The notes under the pieces: generated by a model | What the model was told of the DNA's origin: nothing | What the model saw: only the letters and a program-made list of their open reading frames with translations | The model's database searches: none | From: Candidatus Woesearchaeota archaeon | Lineage (GTDB): Archaea; Nanobdellota; Nanobdellia; Woesearchaeales; ARS49 | DNA length: 64,000 nucleotides | Reading direction: 5' to 3' | Assembly (NCBI GenBank): GCA_003599055.1 | Contig: QZIM01000011.1 | Location: 937-64,936, forward strand | Program-made: the position numbers and the translations under genes | In this document: positions 41,807 to 51,591 of the stretch, piece by piece | How positions within the stretch are numbered: the first letter of the stretch is position 1 | How the letters are laid out: every line of letters begins with the position of its first letter

Positions 41807-42178
41807 TTAGAATAAGAGTTCTTTTGCGGCAAAGATGACAAAGCCAAGAAGTCCGATTGCGGCCATTCCGACTGCGCTGATTTTGACGATGGTTTTGAAC
41901 TCGTCGCGGCTGGGTTTTTTGGTGACGCGAAGGACGCGCTTGCATTCGATGATGAATGTTTTGAGTTCGTCGTATTTTCGGGGGATTGGTGCGCCGATGC
42001 GTTTGACTTGCGCAAGGAGCCCGCGGGGGAGTTCATTTTGCGCAGAAGAGGGGGTTTCTTGCGAGGGCGCGGTTTCGGAAGGCATTTCTTCGGGCTGTTC
42101 TTCCTCGTGCATTTCAGGAGCGGGGTCTGCGGTTTGTTCTTCGGGTTTTGGTGTCTCTTGCCCGTTTTGATTGTTCAT
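41807..42178 (-). CDS. secE: Preprotein translocase subunit SecE (Sec61 gamma) with an acidic N-terminal extension
   Basis: C-terminus FIIECKRVLRVTKKPSRDEFKTIVKISAVGMAAIGLLGFVIF is the SecE signature. Start chosen at MNNQNGQ (ATG 42178). Confidence 0.8.
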   Translation of the reverse strand: MNNQNGQETPKPEEQTADPAPEMHEEEQPEEMPSETAPSQETPSSAQNELPRGLLAQVKRIGAPIPRKYDELKTFIIECKRVLRVTKKPSRDEFKTIVKISAVGMAAIGLLGFVIFAAKELLF

Positions 42179-42277
42179 TTGCTGCCCGCGTGAAGGTCGC
42201 TTTATATATTTTACTGCGGATGTGCAGAGAAACATTTAAAAAGCAGGGGCGCCTGAGAAAGAAAAAAAGAGGAGTGC

Positions 42278-42580
42278 ATGTTAACGCCCTATGATTGGAT
42301 TTATGGTATTGCGGTCCTGACGGCAGTCTTTTTGAGTGTGATTGCGGGATTGCTTGCGGCAAGCTTGTTTAAGCGCGCGTCCGAGCGTAAGGTGCTTCGC
42401 GCGTGGCGGCCGCTTATTTTGGCGCTCGTGCTTTTTGCCGTGCTTGAGATTTTCGGCGCGCTGAAAGTGTTCGGCGTGTATCCGACGGTGTGGGTGACGC
42501 ACGTGCTTGCAAGTCTTATTTTGATGTTGCTTATTGCCGCGCTGGTGACGCAGCGCGAGGTTGCGAGGGGTTGGGAATGA
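42278..42580 (+). CDS. Small 3-TM membrane protein
   Basis: 100-aa hydrophobic ORF, ATGA-coupled to the next 100-aa ORF. Confidence 0.55.
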   Translation: MLTPYDWIYGIAVLTAVFLSVIAGLLAASLFKRASERKVLRAWRPLILALVLFAVLEIFGALKVFGVYPTVWVTHVLASLILMLLIAALVTQREVARGWE

Positions 42581-42879
42581 GTCTTGCGGCAGCAGTGGCG
42601 CAGGTGGCTCCGCTGTACAACTTGGGTCTTGTTGTCATCGTGTTTATTTTGTTCATCAAGCTGTTTAACACGCCGGTGCGTGACCGCAGGGTGTACTTGA
42701 TGCCGTGGAAATTGATTTTCGGCGCGTTTTGCGTCTATGTTATCGAGGCAGTGCTGACGGTTTTGCGCGGCCAGGGCGTGCTGAACATTCCGATTCACAT
42801 TAATGGGTTCTTTGAGGTTGCAATTATTGTTCTGTTCATTTACGCGCTGTTGCTTCAGCGCGAGCACGCGGCAAAGTAG
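42577..42879 (+). CDS. Small 3-TM membrane protein (same size and topology as the upstream gene)
   Basis: Start chosen at MSLAAAVAQ (ATG 42577, overlapping the upstream TGA). Confidence 0.55.
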   Translation: MSLAAAVAQVAPLYNLGLVVIVFILFIKLFNTPVRDRRVYLMPWKLIFGAFCVYVIEAVLTVLRGQGVLNIPIHINGFFEVAIIVLFIYALLLQREHAAK

Positions 42880-42972
42880 TTTTTTCTGATGGCTTTCTTA
42901 TATTTCTGAGAACTGAACACTGATAACTGACAACGAATTACGGATAGCGAACTGCCAAAGACCAACCACAAA

Positions 42973-43326
42973 CTAGTGTTGCGTGATGATGCTGATTTTT
43001 TGCAGGGTAATCGTTTTGCCGTCACTTGCGGAAACAACTGCTTCTCCGTTTTGCGGTGCGGAGATGACGACGAGTTGTTCGTGGATGGTTGCCGTAAGGG
43101 GTTCGCTTACGGAAACAGTGTACTGGAGGGGGTCTCCGTCGGGGTCGAAGAATGATTTGGAGAGGTCTAAGCTGACAAGCCCGCCTTCGGCAACGTACTC
43201 TGTTGTGGGCGCGTCCCAAACGGGCGCAAGGTTTGCGGCAAATGCGCCGGTGGGGGTCATGCTGGAGAGTGAGGCAAGGATGCCGAGCATCAAAAGCAGG
43301 GTTGCAAGTTGGTAGGCGTGTTTCAT
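42973..43326 (-). CDS. Secreted single-domain protein, cadherin/Ig-like
   Basis: Signal peptide ending in SLSSMTPTGAFA. DLSKSFFDPDGDPLQYTV is a motif typical of cadherin-like domains. Confidence 0.6.
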   Translation of the reverse strand: MKHAYQLATLLLMLGILASLSSMTPTGAFAANLAPVWDAPTTEYVAEGGLVSLDLSKSFFDPDGDPLQYTVSVSEPLTATIHEQLVVISAPQNGEAVVSASDGKTITLQKISIITQH

Positions 43327-43619
43327 TGTTTCCTCAAGGGGATGCGCTTGGTTGTTTTGCAGTCATTGCACGTGATGGTTTTCATCTTGTTTTTGATGCG
43401 GGTGGTGCTGTTTTGTGCGGTAAGGTACGCATTGCATCCTTTGCACAGGCGCAGTTTGAGTTCGCGCGGGATGGGTGTTTTGGTGCGTTGGCTGATTGCG
43501 CGGGCGAGCGCAAGGTACCGTTTCGCATAGGATGGCCGCTTTGCGGCTTGTGCGAAAAGGGTTTCGATGCGTTCGAGCGCGATTCGTTTTTGGGCGAATT
43601 TGTGCCCGGTGCGCGCCAT
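43323..43619 (-). CDS. rnp4: RNase P protein component 4 (Rpp21/Rpr2 family)
   Basis: Helical N-terminus (IALERIETLFAQAAK...YLALARAISQRT) followed by a zinc ribbon (CKGCNAYL...CNDCKT). Start chosen at MARTGHKF (ATG 43619). Confidence 0.8.
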   Translation of the reverse strand: MARTGHKFAQKRIALERIETLFAQAAKRPSYAKRYLALARAISQRTKTPIPRELKLRLCKGCNAYLTAQNSTTRIKNKMKTITCNDCKTTKRIPLRKQ

Positions 43620-43691
43620 ATGTTTCCTCTTTTTCAGTATGCGTTTCGGATTTGCGAAATATATAAAAGTTTGGCTTTTGGCGGCGCACGT

Positions 43692-44744
43692 ATGGCGATT
43701 TGGCAGCGGTTGTTCAAAAAAAGGGTTAGTCAGGAAGAGTTGCCTTTGCATATTGCGGAGTTGCGGTCGGGGGAGGCGCGCGCGGCAGATGAGGCAAGGC
43801 AGGAGTTCTTGCAGGATGTTGCTCGTGCAAAGTCTGAACTTGCAGAAATGGTGACTGGTGGCGCGCAGCATTCGCTTGCGGGGATGGTGCTTGGCCGGCT
43901 TTCGGGTATTGAGTTGGGGAACGGTACGGATATGTCTGCGTTTATGCGGGAGATGCTTGAGTTGTGCGAGCATTCGGCACAGGGGCCAAGGGTGCGCCGT
44001 ATTGTTCTTCGTCTTGAGCCAAAGCTTGCGGTATTGCGGGAGAGTGAGGAGCGCGCAGCGGTTCTGGAGGAGGTTACGCGTGCGCTTGAGCAAAAAAGGC
44101 AGGTTGAGGCGGTGCGAAAGGCAGGTGAGGCAAGGCGTGCGGAAATTGATGCAATGTTGGCGGAAGTTACCGTGCAGATTGAGGACTTGCTTGCGCGCAA
44201 GGCAGAGTTGCAGGAAAGTGAGGCGTATGTTCGGCTTCGTGATGAGGCGCGCCGCGTGTCGGGAGTTCGCGAAAGAATTGAGGCGGAGATTCGGGCGGTC
44301 TTCGGGCCCGCGCGGGAGCTTTTTTTGCGGGCAAAAGAGGGTTCGGTTCTTGCAAAATATCGCGATAATCCGGTGGCGGCGCTCGCGTCTGATTTTTCCT
44401 TAAGGGTGATTAAGGAGGCGCAGGAGCTTGCGGCATCTGCGCGGGCGGACGGGCCGCTTGATGCGCGTTTGCTTGCAGCGGTTGCGGGGCTAAGAGAGGA
44501 TGTGCTGGGCCCGCTCGTGCACCGTTATGCGGCAGTGCGCAGGGTGCAAAAGCAGCTCAGGGAGGAAATTTTGCAGTCGGAAATCGTGCGCGAGCTTGAT
44601 GTGTTGATGGGCAATGTGCGCGAGCGTGAAGGCGTCCGTGACCGTTTGGTTGCGGAAAGGGAAAAGTTGGCCGTGCAGGGGGAGCGTGAAATTGATGAGC
44701 GTTTACGCGCGCTTGTCCGCCCGCTTGGGTTTGTTCTTGTGTAG
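43692..44744 (+). CDS. Coiled-coil hypothetical protein (350 aa, Ala/Glu/Arg/Leu-rich)
   Basis: Start chosen at MAIWQRLF (ATG 43692). aaatatataaaag lies 23-34 nt upstream, suggesting a leaderless start. The longer ORF-track version would run antisense over two supported genes. Confidence 0.55.
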   Translation: MAIWQRLFKKRVSQEELPLHIAELRSGEARAADEARQEFLQDVARAKSELAEMVTGGAQHSLAGMVLGRLSGIELGNGTDMSAFMREMLELCEHSAQGPRVRRIVLRLEPKLAVLRESEERAAVLEEVTRALEQKRQVEAVRKAGEARRAEIDAMLAEVTVQIEDLLARKAELQESEAYVRLRDEARRVSGVRERIEAEIRAVFGPARELFLRAKEGSVLAKYRDNPVAALASDFSLRVIKEAQELAASARADGPLDARLLAAVAGLREDVLGPLVHRYAAVRRVQKQLREEILQSEIVRELDVLMGNVREREGVRDRLVAEREKLAVQGEREIDERLRALVRPLGFVLV

Positions 44745-45863
44745 TGCGGCGATGCCGGGAAGGGTTTTTCCTTCGATGAATTCAAGCGCGGCTCCTCCGC
44801 CGGTGGAGAGGTGGGTGAATTTTTTCGCAAGGCCGAGTTTTTCAATTGCGGCAACGCTGTCTCCGCCGCCGATGATGGAGACTTTTTTTCCGTGCGCGAT
44901 TGCGCGCGCGATTGCAAGGGTTCCTGCATCGAACGGTTTTTTTTCAAAGAGGCCAAGGGGACCGTTCCAGAAGACGGTTTTTGCGCGTGCGATGATTGCA
45001 GAGTAGAGTTCGCGTGTTTCGGGTCCGATGTCAAGGCCTGCGCGGTTTTTCGGGAGAGCGTGAACGCTCACGGTTTTTTTGTTGTCAAGGACGACGTCGG
45101 GCGGGATGATGATTTTTTTTGTGCGGAGGAGTTTTCGCGCAAGGGGGACATAGTCTTTTTCTGTTTTGCTGGTGCCGGTCTCATTTCCTGCGGCGGCAAG
45201 GAAGGTGAACATCATTGCGCCGCCGATGAGGACTGCGTCTGCTTTTTTGGAGAGTTGTTCGATGAGTTGTATTTTGTCGGACACTTTTGCGCCGCCAAGG
45301 ACTGCAATGAAGGGCCGCTTGGGTTTTTTGAGCGCGCTGAGCATTGTAATTTCGTTGAGGAGCAAAGGTCCTGCAAAGCTGGGCAGATGGCGTGTGATTG
45401 CGTGGACGCTTGCGTGCGCGCGGTGGGATACGCCGAATGCGTCGTTGCAGTAAATGTTGGCAAGCCGGGCGAGTTGTTTGGCAAAGTGCGCGTCGTTGTG
45501 TTCTTCTTCGGGATGAAAGCGCAGGTTTTCAAGAAGGATGATGCGGTTTTTTGATGTGGCAACTGCGCGCTCGATTGCGCTTCCGGTGCAGTCGGGGAGG
45601 AATTCGACTTTTTTGCCGAGCAGTTTTTCAAGGCGGCGTGCGACTGGTGCGAGGCTGAATTCCGCGCGCTTTTTTCCTTCCGGCCTGCCAAGGTGGCTTG
45701 CGATGACGAGGGTGGCGCCGCGCGCAAGGAGTTTTTTGAGGGTGGGGATGGTTGCGCGGATGCGCTTGTCATTCGTGACCGTGCCGTTTTTGATGGGAAC
45801 GTTGTAGTCGGCCCGAAAGAGGATGTGTTTGTTGCGGACACGTGCGGAAAGGATGTTGCGCAT
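44703..45863 (-). CDS. pgk: Phosphoglycerate kinase
   Basis: RADYNVP, ASHLGRP, GGAKVSDKI and STGGGA motifs all present. Confidence 0.93.
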   Translation of the reverse strand: MRNILSARVRNKHILFRADYNVPIKNGTVTNDKRIRATIPTLKKLLARGATLVIASHLGRPEGKKRAEFSLAPVARRLEKLLGKKVEFLPDCTGSAIERAVATSKNRIILLENLRFHPEEEHNDAHFAKQLARLANIYCNDAFGVSHRAHASVHAITRHLPSFAGPLLLNEITMLSALKKPKRPFIAVLGGAKVSDKIQLIEQLSKKADAVLIGGAMMFTFLAAAGNETGTSKTEKDYVPLARKLLRTKKIIIPPDVVLDNKKTVSVHALPKNRAGLDIGPETRELYSAIIARAKTVFWNGPLGLFEKKPFDAGTLAIARAIAHGKKVSIIGGGDSVAAIEKLGLAKKFTHLSTGGGAALEFIEGKTLPGIAALHKNKPKRADKRA

Positions 45864-45938
45864 AAGTGGGCTAGTGCTGCAGCTCTTTTATTTCTTTGGT
45901 ACGATACGTTTTTATAGCGGGAATTCGTATGGTGCCTG

Positions 45939-46349
45939 ATGGAATTGCTTTTGTTTGTCCCTGCGCTGCGCATTGTTCTTGGGCTGCTCCTTATTGTGAC
46001 GGGAATTTTGAAGATTCCGAACCTGCGCGGGTTTTCCGTGATTGTGGCATCGTATGGCCTGTTGCCGCGTGTTCTGGTTCGGCCGCTTGCGTACGCGCAG
46101 CCGTTTGTCGAGTTTGTGATTGGCGCGTGGGTGCTTTCGGGAAAGCAGCTTTTTTGGGGTGCGCTTGCAGGGCTTGGCTTAATGCTCATCGCAAACGTGT
46201 TTGTCCTGTATGCGCTGGTGCAAAAGAAAAAGATGGACAATTGCGGGTGTTATGGGGTTGCGGTCAGGGTTCCGCTCACGTGGAAAAAGTTCGGGGAGAA
46301 CGTGGTGTGGACGCTGCTTTTTGCTCTGCTTGCGTTTGCTTCTTATTGA
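45939..46349 (+). CDS. MauE/DoxX-family membrane protein
   Basis: Four TM helices with the characteristic CGCYG motif. Confidence 0.6.
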   Translation: MELLLFVPALRIVLGLLLIVTGILKIPNLRGFSVIVASYGLLPRVLVRPLAYAQPFVEFVIGAWVLSGKQLFWGALAGLGLMLIANVFVLYALVQKKKMDNCGCYGVAVRVPLTWKKFGENVVWTLLFALLAFASY

Positions 46350-47359
46350 AGGGTGTTTTTCGGGACGCCGGAGAGGAACGCGTTGATGTTGTCAATAGTC
46401 GTGTCGAGTATTCGCATCAGTGCTTCGCTTGAGTTAAACGCGTTGTGCGGGGTCACGATGACGTTTGGGTTCTGAAGGAGGATGTGTTCTTCAAGGAGGG
46501 TTTTGAGGTCGCACGTTTTTTGGAATGTTTCGTGCAAAAGTTCGGTTTCTTCCTTGATTGCGCATTCTTCTTCAAGGACGTCAAGGCCGCACGCGGAAAA
46601 ATTGCCTTCTTTGAGCCCACGGAGGATTGCTTCTGTTTCGATGATGCCGCCGCGGGCGGTGTTGATAAGGACGCATCCTTTTTTGATTTTGCCGACGTTT
46701 TCCTTGTTGATGAGGTGGTGGGTTTCTTTGGTTTCGGGGAGGTGTACGGAGATGACGTCGCTTTGCGCGAGCAGGTCATCAAAGGGGACGTATGTGAAGC
46801 CGCATTCTTTTGCAAGGGCAGTGTTGGGGTATTTGTCCCAGGCGATGACGCGCATGCCGAATGCTTCTGCGTAATGGGCCATATGCCTGCCGATGCGGCC
46901 GGTGCCGAGGATGCCGATGGTTTTGTCTTGGAGGTCGAATCCGCGAAGCCCGGAAAGGTCGAAGTTGCCGTGTCTTGTTCGTTCGGCGGAGGGGATGATT
47001 TTGCGCGAGAGGGTAAGGAGCAGGGCCATTGCGTGTTCTGCGACGGTGTTTTCGCCGTAGGCAGGGACGTTGCACGCAATGATTTTTTTCTGTTTGCACG
47101 CGGCAAGGTCAATATGGTCGAATCCTGTGCTCATTGTGGTGACGAGTTTTGCGTTTTGGAGTTTGGCAAGTATTGGGTTGTTTATTTTGCTGTAGATGAA
47201 GAATGCAATGATGTCTGCATCTTTTGCCGCTCCTGCGTTTTGTTCGGTGAGCGGCTCTTCGATGAATTGGAGGGTGTGGCCTTTGAGGTGGTCCCGGATG
47301 TAGGTTTTTTTGTCGCCAAGTCCGAATTTTTCCAATTCAAAAAACGCGATGTTTGCCAT
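46343..47359 (-). CDS. D-isomer-specific 2-hydroxyacid dehydrogenase (D-lactate/phosphoglycerate dehydrogenase-like)
   Basis: NAD fold GILGTGRIGRHMA and catalytic region LINTARGGIIE...VTPHNAF. Confidence 0.88.
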   Translation of the reverse strand: MANIAFFELEKFGLGDKKTYIRDHLKGHTLQFIEEPLTEQNAGAAKDADIIAFFIYSKINNPILAKLQNAKLVTTMSTGFDHIDLAACKQKKIIACNVPAYGENTVAEHAMALLLTLSRKIIPSAERTRHGNFDLSGLRGFDLQDKTIGILGTGRIGRHMAHYAEAFGMRVIAWDKYPNTALAKECGFTYVPFDDLLAQSDVISVHLPETKETHHLINKENVGKIKKGCVLINTARGGIIETEAILRGLKEGNFSACGLDVLEEECAIKEETELLHETFQKTCDLKTLLEEHILLQNPNVIVTPHNAFNSSEALMRILDTTIDNINAFLSGVPKNTLQ

Positions 47360-47476
47360 TTTCTCTTTTTATAGGGCATATGGCGCGGCGGCCTATTTAA
47401 TCCTAGCGGTGTGCTTTTTTGACACAGGTGTGTCACTTTCACAATATTTTTAAAGGAGTTGTGTCAAAACCGTCGT

Positions 47477-48091
47477 ATGGAGAGTATTAACCAGCAGGTC
47501 TGGCAGGCAATGCGCTCTGACCCTGCGATTATGCAGGATATGCAGCGGGGGCTGATTAATATGCGCGCCTTAGCAAAGTTTCTGATTGATAAGTACGAAT
47601 TGCGCGCCTCGCTTGACGCCGTGATTTCAAGCATTCGCAGGTTTCCGATGCCTGCCGCGGCAGAGGAGGAGCGCGTGCTTCGCGCAATTTTCAAGGATTC
47701 AGTGGTGGGCACAACGAACAATATTGCGTGTGTCACGATTGCGCACCCGCCAAGCGAGGTGATTCCAAAGCTTGCGGGTCTTGCCCTGCAAAACATTCGT
47801 CTTGTAACGGGAATTGATGAGGTGAAGGTGCTCGTAAAGAACAGTGCGGCAGACCGGGTGTCAAAGTCGTTCAAGAATACGGAGGTTGTCCCGAACCTTT
47901 CGGAGATTTCAGTTATCGTCGCTGAAAAGGCAGTGAAGACCAAGGGAGTGATGGCGCGGATGGCGTCGGAAATCGCGCTTGCGGGTATTAACGTGCACGA
48001 GCTTTTGGTTTGCCCGCCGCAGTTCCTCATTTACGTTGCGGAAAAGGACATTGTGAAGGCGCACGAGAGAGTACTGAGTTTGACAGAATAG
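47477..48091 (+). CDS. ACT-domain regulator-like protein with an N-terminal HTH-like segment
   Basis: C-terminal ISVIVAEKAVKTKGVMARMASEIALAGINV is ACT-like. The call is tentative. Confidence 0.45.
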   Translation: MESINQQVWQAMRSDPAIMQDMQRGLINMRALAKFLIDKYELRASLDAVISSIRRFPMPAAAEEERVLRAIFKDSVVGTTNNIACVTIAHPPSEVIPKLAGLALQNIRLVTGIDEVKVLVKNSAADRVSKSFKNTEVVPNLSEISVIVAEKAVKTKGVMARMASEIALAGINVHELLVCPPQFLIYVAEKDIVKAHERVLSLTE

Positions 48092-48135
48092 TTTTTTAAC
48101 TACCAACTACTAACTACCAACCACAAACGAGGTGA

Positions 48136-49131
<996 letters not shown>

Positions 49132-49142
49132 GGTATCAAAAA

Positions 49143-49340
49143 ATGAGAAAAGAGCATAAGACTTTGCATTTTGTCGCCGCAACAATATTCACCATAGTGA
49201 CTTTTGTGCACGCGCTTCGCTTGGCGTTTGGCTGGCCGCTCGTGATTGCCGATTGGCAGGCGCCGATGTGGCTAAGCTGGCTTGCGGTCTTTTTGGCGGG
49301 AAGTCTTGCCGCGCTGATGTGGAAATACGCGCAAGGGTGA
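49143..49340 (+). CDS. Small 2-TM membrane protein
   Basis: 65-aa hydrophobic ORF immediately after gap. The ORF-track start at 49128 is an alternative. Confidence 0.4.
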   Translation: MRKEHKTLHFVAATIFTIVTFVHALRLAFGWPLVIADWQAPMWLSWLAVFLAGSLAALMWKYAQG

Positions 49341-49350
49341 TTTTGGATAG

Positions 49351-49387
49351 GACGTTTTTAGGCATCTTTGAGATGTCTAAAGACGTC
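49351..49387. terminator. Imperfect 16-bp hairpin between convergent genes, followed by T-rich tracts
   Basis: gacgtttttaggcatc-tttga-gatgtctaaagacgtc has 14 of 16 positions complementary. T/A runs at about 49432-49458. Confidence 0.45.
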
Positions 49388-49451
49388 TGAATGCAGTACT
49401 GTCTCGTCGATAGAAGGAAAATCTAAAAGAATTCAATTTTTATTATTTTTT

Positions 49452-50201
49452 TTATTGAATTATGCTGACTTTCACCATCTTCACTTCGGTCTTTGGCCGG
49501 TCGCTTGCGTCAGTCGGTGTGCTGCCGATTGCTTCCAAAACATCCAGCCCTTCAATGACTTCGCCAAAGATGGCGTGCCTTCCGTCAAGCCAGGGGGTGG
49601 GGACGAGCGTGATGAAGAATTGTGAGCCGCCGGTATTTGGTCCTGCATTCGCCATGGAAAGCAGTCCTTTCCTGTCGTGCTTGAGGCCGGGTCCGAATTC
49701 ATCCTTAATCGTGTAGCCGGGCCCGCCCATTCCGGTGCCGGTGGGGTCGCCGCCCTGTATCATGAAGTTTTTAATCACGCGGTGGAAGATGATGCCGTCA
49801 TAGAATCCTTTGGAGACAAGTGTTTTGAAGTTTTCAACTGTCTTGGGTGCCTTGTCGTCGTACAGTTTGATTTTCATGGTTCCTTTGCTTGTTTGCATTT
49901 CTATCAGGGTGTTGGTCATTTTTTCCTCCGATGTGGCTACTGCGCTGGTTGGCGTTTCGCGGGTTTCATTGAGCGCGGCGGCAGTTTCTTCTTTCATCTC
50001 GCCGTCAGGGCACGCGGCAAATGCGCAAGCAGGGCCTTGGCGTGAGACAAAGCTGCCGTCCGCGCATTCGCGTACGTCTGCCGTGCAGAAGACGGTTTCT
50101 GTTTCATTTGAGTAGCGTTCGGTTGTTTCTTGTGCGGGCGGTGTTGTGCTCGTGCAGGAAATAAGCGCGATGAGGAGTGCGGTTAAGAGTGTTTTTTTCA
50201 T
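49452..50201 (-). CDS. Cyclophilin-type peptidyl-prolyl isomerase, lipoprotein form with a Cys-containing N-terminal extension
   Basis: Start chosen at [16 protein letters not shown] (ATG 50201). Cyclophilin core [15 protein letters not shown]...[17 protein letters not shown]. Confidence 0.88.
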   Translation of the reverse strand: MKKTLLTALLIALISCTSTTPPAQETTERYSNETETVFCTADVRECADGSFVSRQGPACAFAACPDGEMKEETAAALNETRETPTSAVATSEEKMTNTLIEMQTSKGTMKIKLYDDKAPKTVENFKTLVSKGFYDGIIFHRVIKNFMIQGGDPTGTGMGGPGYTIKDEFGPGLKHDRKGLLSMANAGPNTGGSQFFITLVPTPWLDGRHAIFGEVIEGLDVLEAIGSTPTDASDRPKTEVKMVKVSIIQ

Positions 50202-50596
50202 GAGCGTTTCTGGCTTCTTCTTTGATTTAAATCTTCCTGTTTGAGTTGTGCATCGTATGCTGCTTTGATTGGTATGTGTTTGATGCGGAGTTGGGTTTCT
50301 TCGCAAAGGTGTTGTCCTGCTTTGTGGCGCGCGTACGCGGCCCCGAGTGCAAATCCTCCTGCAAGGAGTCCTGCGAGTGTTCCTGTGCGAATGTCGTCTT
50401 GGTGAATTGCTGAGGCAGTAATGGTTCCGAATGCGATTGATGCAAGTGCGCTGCCGAGCATAACTCGTCCTGCGTAGGTGGCGCGTGCGGCTATTTCTTC
50501 GAGTGCGTTAAGGGATGCGTAGTATGCCTGGCGCGGGTCGGGGCGCGGTTGTGGTTCTGCTGCGCGGTACGCGCTCCAAAATTCGTCTTCATTCAT
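50198..50596 (-). CDS. Hypothetical membrane protein (2 TM)
   Basis: Start chosen at MNEDEFW (ATG 50596). ATGA overlaps at both ends. Confidence 0.45.
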   Translation of the reverse strand: MNEDEFWSAYRAAEPQPRPDPRQAYYASLNALEEIAARATYAGRVMLGSALASIAFGTITASAIHQDDIRTGTLAGLLAGGFALGAAYARHKAGQHLCEETQLRIKHIPIKAAYDAQLKQEDLNQRRSQKRS

Positions 50597-51540
50597 TGTT
50601 TCACCAGTTTGGTAATGAAGAATCCTTCGGTGTCGTTGTCTTGCGGCCAAAGGCGCAGGCAGTGCCGAACGTCTTTGTGGTAGAGGGTTCCTTCGAATTC
50701 GGTGATTGCGGGCCCGTGTTTGATGGGGAGGTGTATTTCTTCAGTGCGCGCATCGCTTGCGGTGTCAAGCAGGTTTGAGATGACTCCTTCGTTCTCGTCG
50801 GGTTCTGTTGAGCACGTGCTGTAGACGAGGGTGCCGCCGGGTTTGAGGATGCTCCAGGCAGTCTTGAGCAGGGCTTGTTGGAGGCGCACAAGCCGTTTGA
50901 TGGCGTCCGGGTTCCACATAAGGATTGTTTTGGGTGATTTGCGGATTGTGCCGGTTCCCGAGCAGGGCGCGTCGAGTAATATGCGGTCAAAGAGTATTCC
51001 TGCTTTTGCGAACTGCTGGCCTTGCATCAGCGTGACAAGGACATTGGATGCGCCGATGCGCTGTAAGTTAAGCCCGAGTGCGGCGAGCCGCTCTCCTTTG
51101 ACGTCGTTTGCGATGAGGAGTCCTTGGTTGTTCATCATTGCGGCGAGTTGGCTTGTTTTTGAGCCGGGCGCGGCAGCCAGGTCCAGGATGAGTTCGCCGG
51201 GCTCGGCACCCAAAACGACCGGTGGAATCATGCTTGCGGCTTCCTGGACGTAGTAATAGCCGAGTGCGTGCTCAATCGTGTTGCCGACATCGAGCCGTCC
51301 TTTTTTGTGTTCGATGAAGAATCCTTCTTTGCACCACGGGACGGGCGCAAGGTTCCAGTCCGCGGCAAGTCTTTTTTTGCATTGTTCAACGGTAATCTTG
51401 AGCGTGTTGACGCGGATGCTTTTGCGCAAAAAGGACAGGCTGTATTTTTTGTAGGTTTCCCAGTCGGTGAGTTTGGAATAGCGCTCAACGAATGCGTCTT
51501 TGAAGACGTATTTGTCCGCGTCGGGAAAGGGGTTGAGCAT
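50593..51540 (-). CDS. NOL1/NOP2/Sun-family RNA (cytosine-5) methyltransferase
   Basis: SAM motif LDLAAAPGSKT. Catalytic cysteines in DAPCSGTG and YSTCS. Confidence 0.9.
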   Translation of the reverse strand: MLNPFPDADKYVFKDAFVERYSKLTDWETYKKYSLSFLRKSIRVNTLKITVEQCKKRLAADWNLAPVPWCKEGFFIEHKKGRLDVGNTIEHALGYYYVQEAASMIPPVVLGAEPGELILDLAAAPGSKTSQLAAMMNNQGLLIANDVKGERLAALGLNLQRIGASNVLVTLMQGQQFAKAGILFDRILLDAPCSGTGTIRKSPKTILMWNPDAIKRLVRLQQALLKTAWSILKPGGTLVYSTCSTEPDENEGVISNLLDTASDARTEEIHLPIKHGPAITEFEGTLYHKDVRHCLRLWPQDNDTEGFFITKLVKQ

Positions 51541-51591
51541 AGGGTTTTTCCAGGGCGGGTGTTTATAAGGTTATCGTGCAAAAAGTTTATA

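Noticed and set aside
43203-43691. N-terminal 163 codons of the 513-aa ORF 43203..44744
   Set aside because: This part runs antisense across the secreted cadherin-like gene and the Rpp21 gene. An internal ATG at 43692 sits behind a TATA-like box and gives a non-overlapping gene.
45212-46240. 342-aa minus-strand ORF
   Set aside because: It is an alternative frame over pgk and antisense to the MauE/DoxX gene. Its Ser/Thr/Pro/Ala-rich composition is inconsistent with a folded protein.
51268-51591. Upstream 108 codons of the 690-aa PepF ORF
   Set aside because: This segment is antisense to the 5' end of the NOP2/Sun gene. ATG 51592 follows a TATA-like box and matches where M3B homology would begin.
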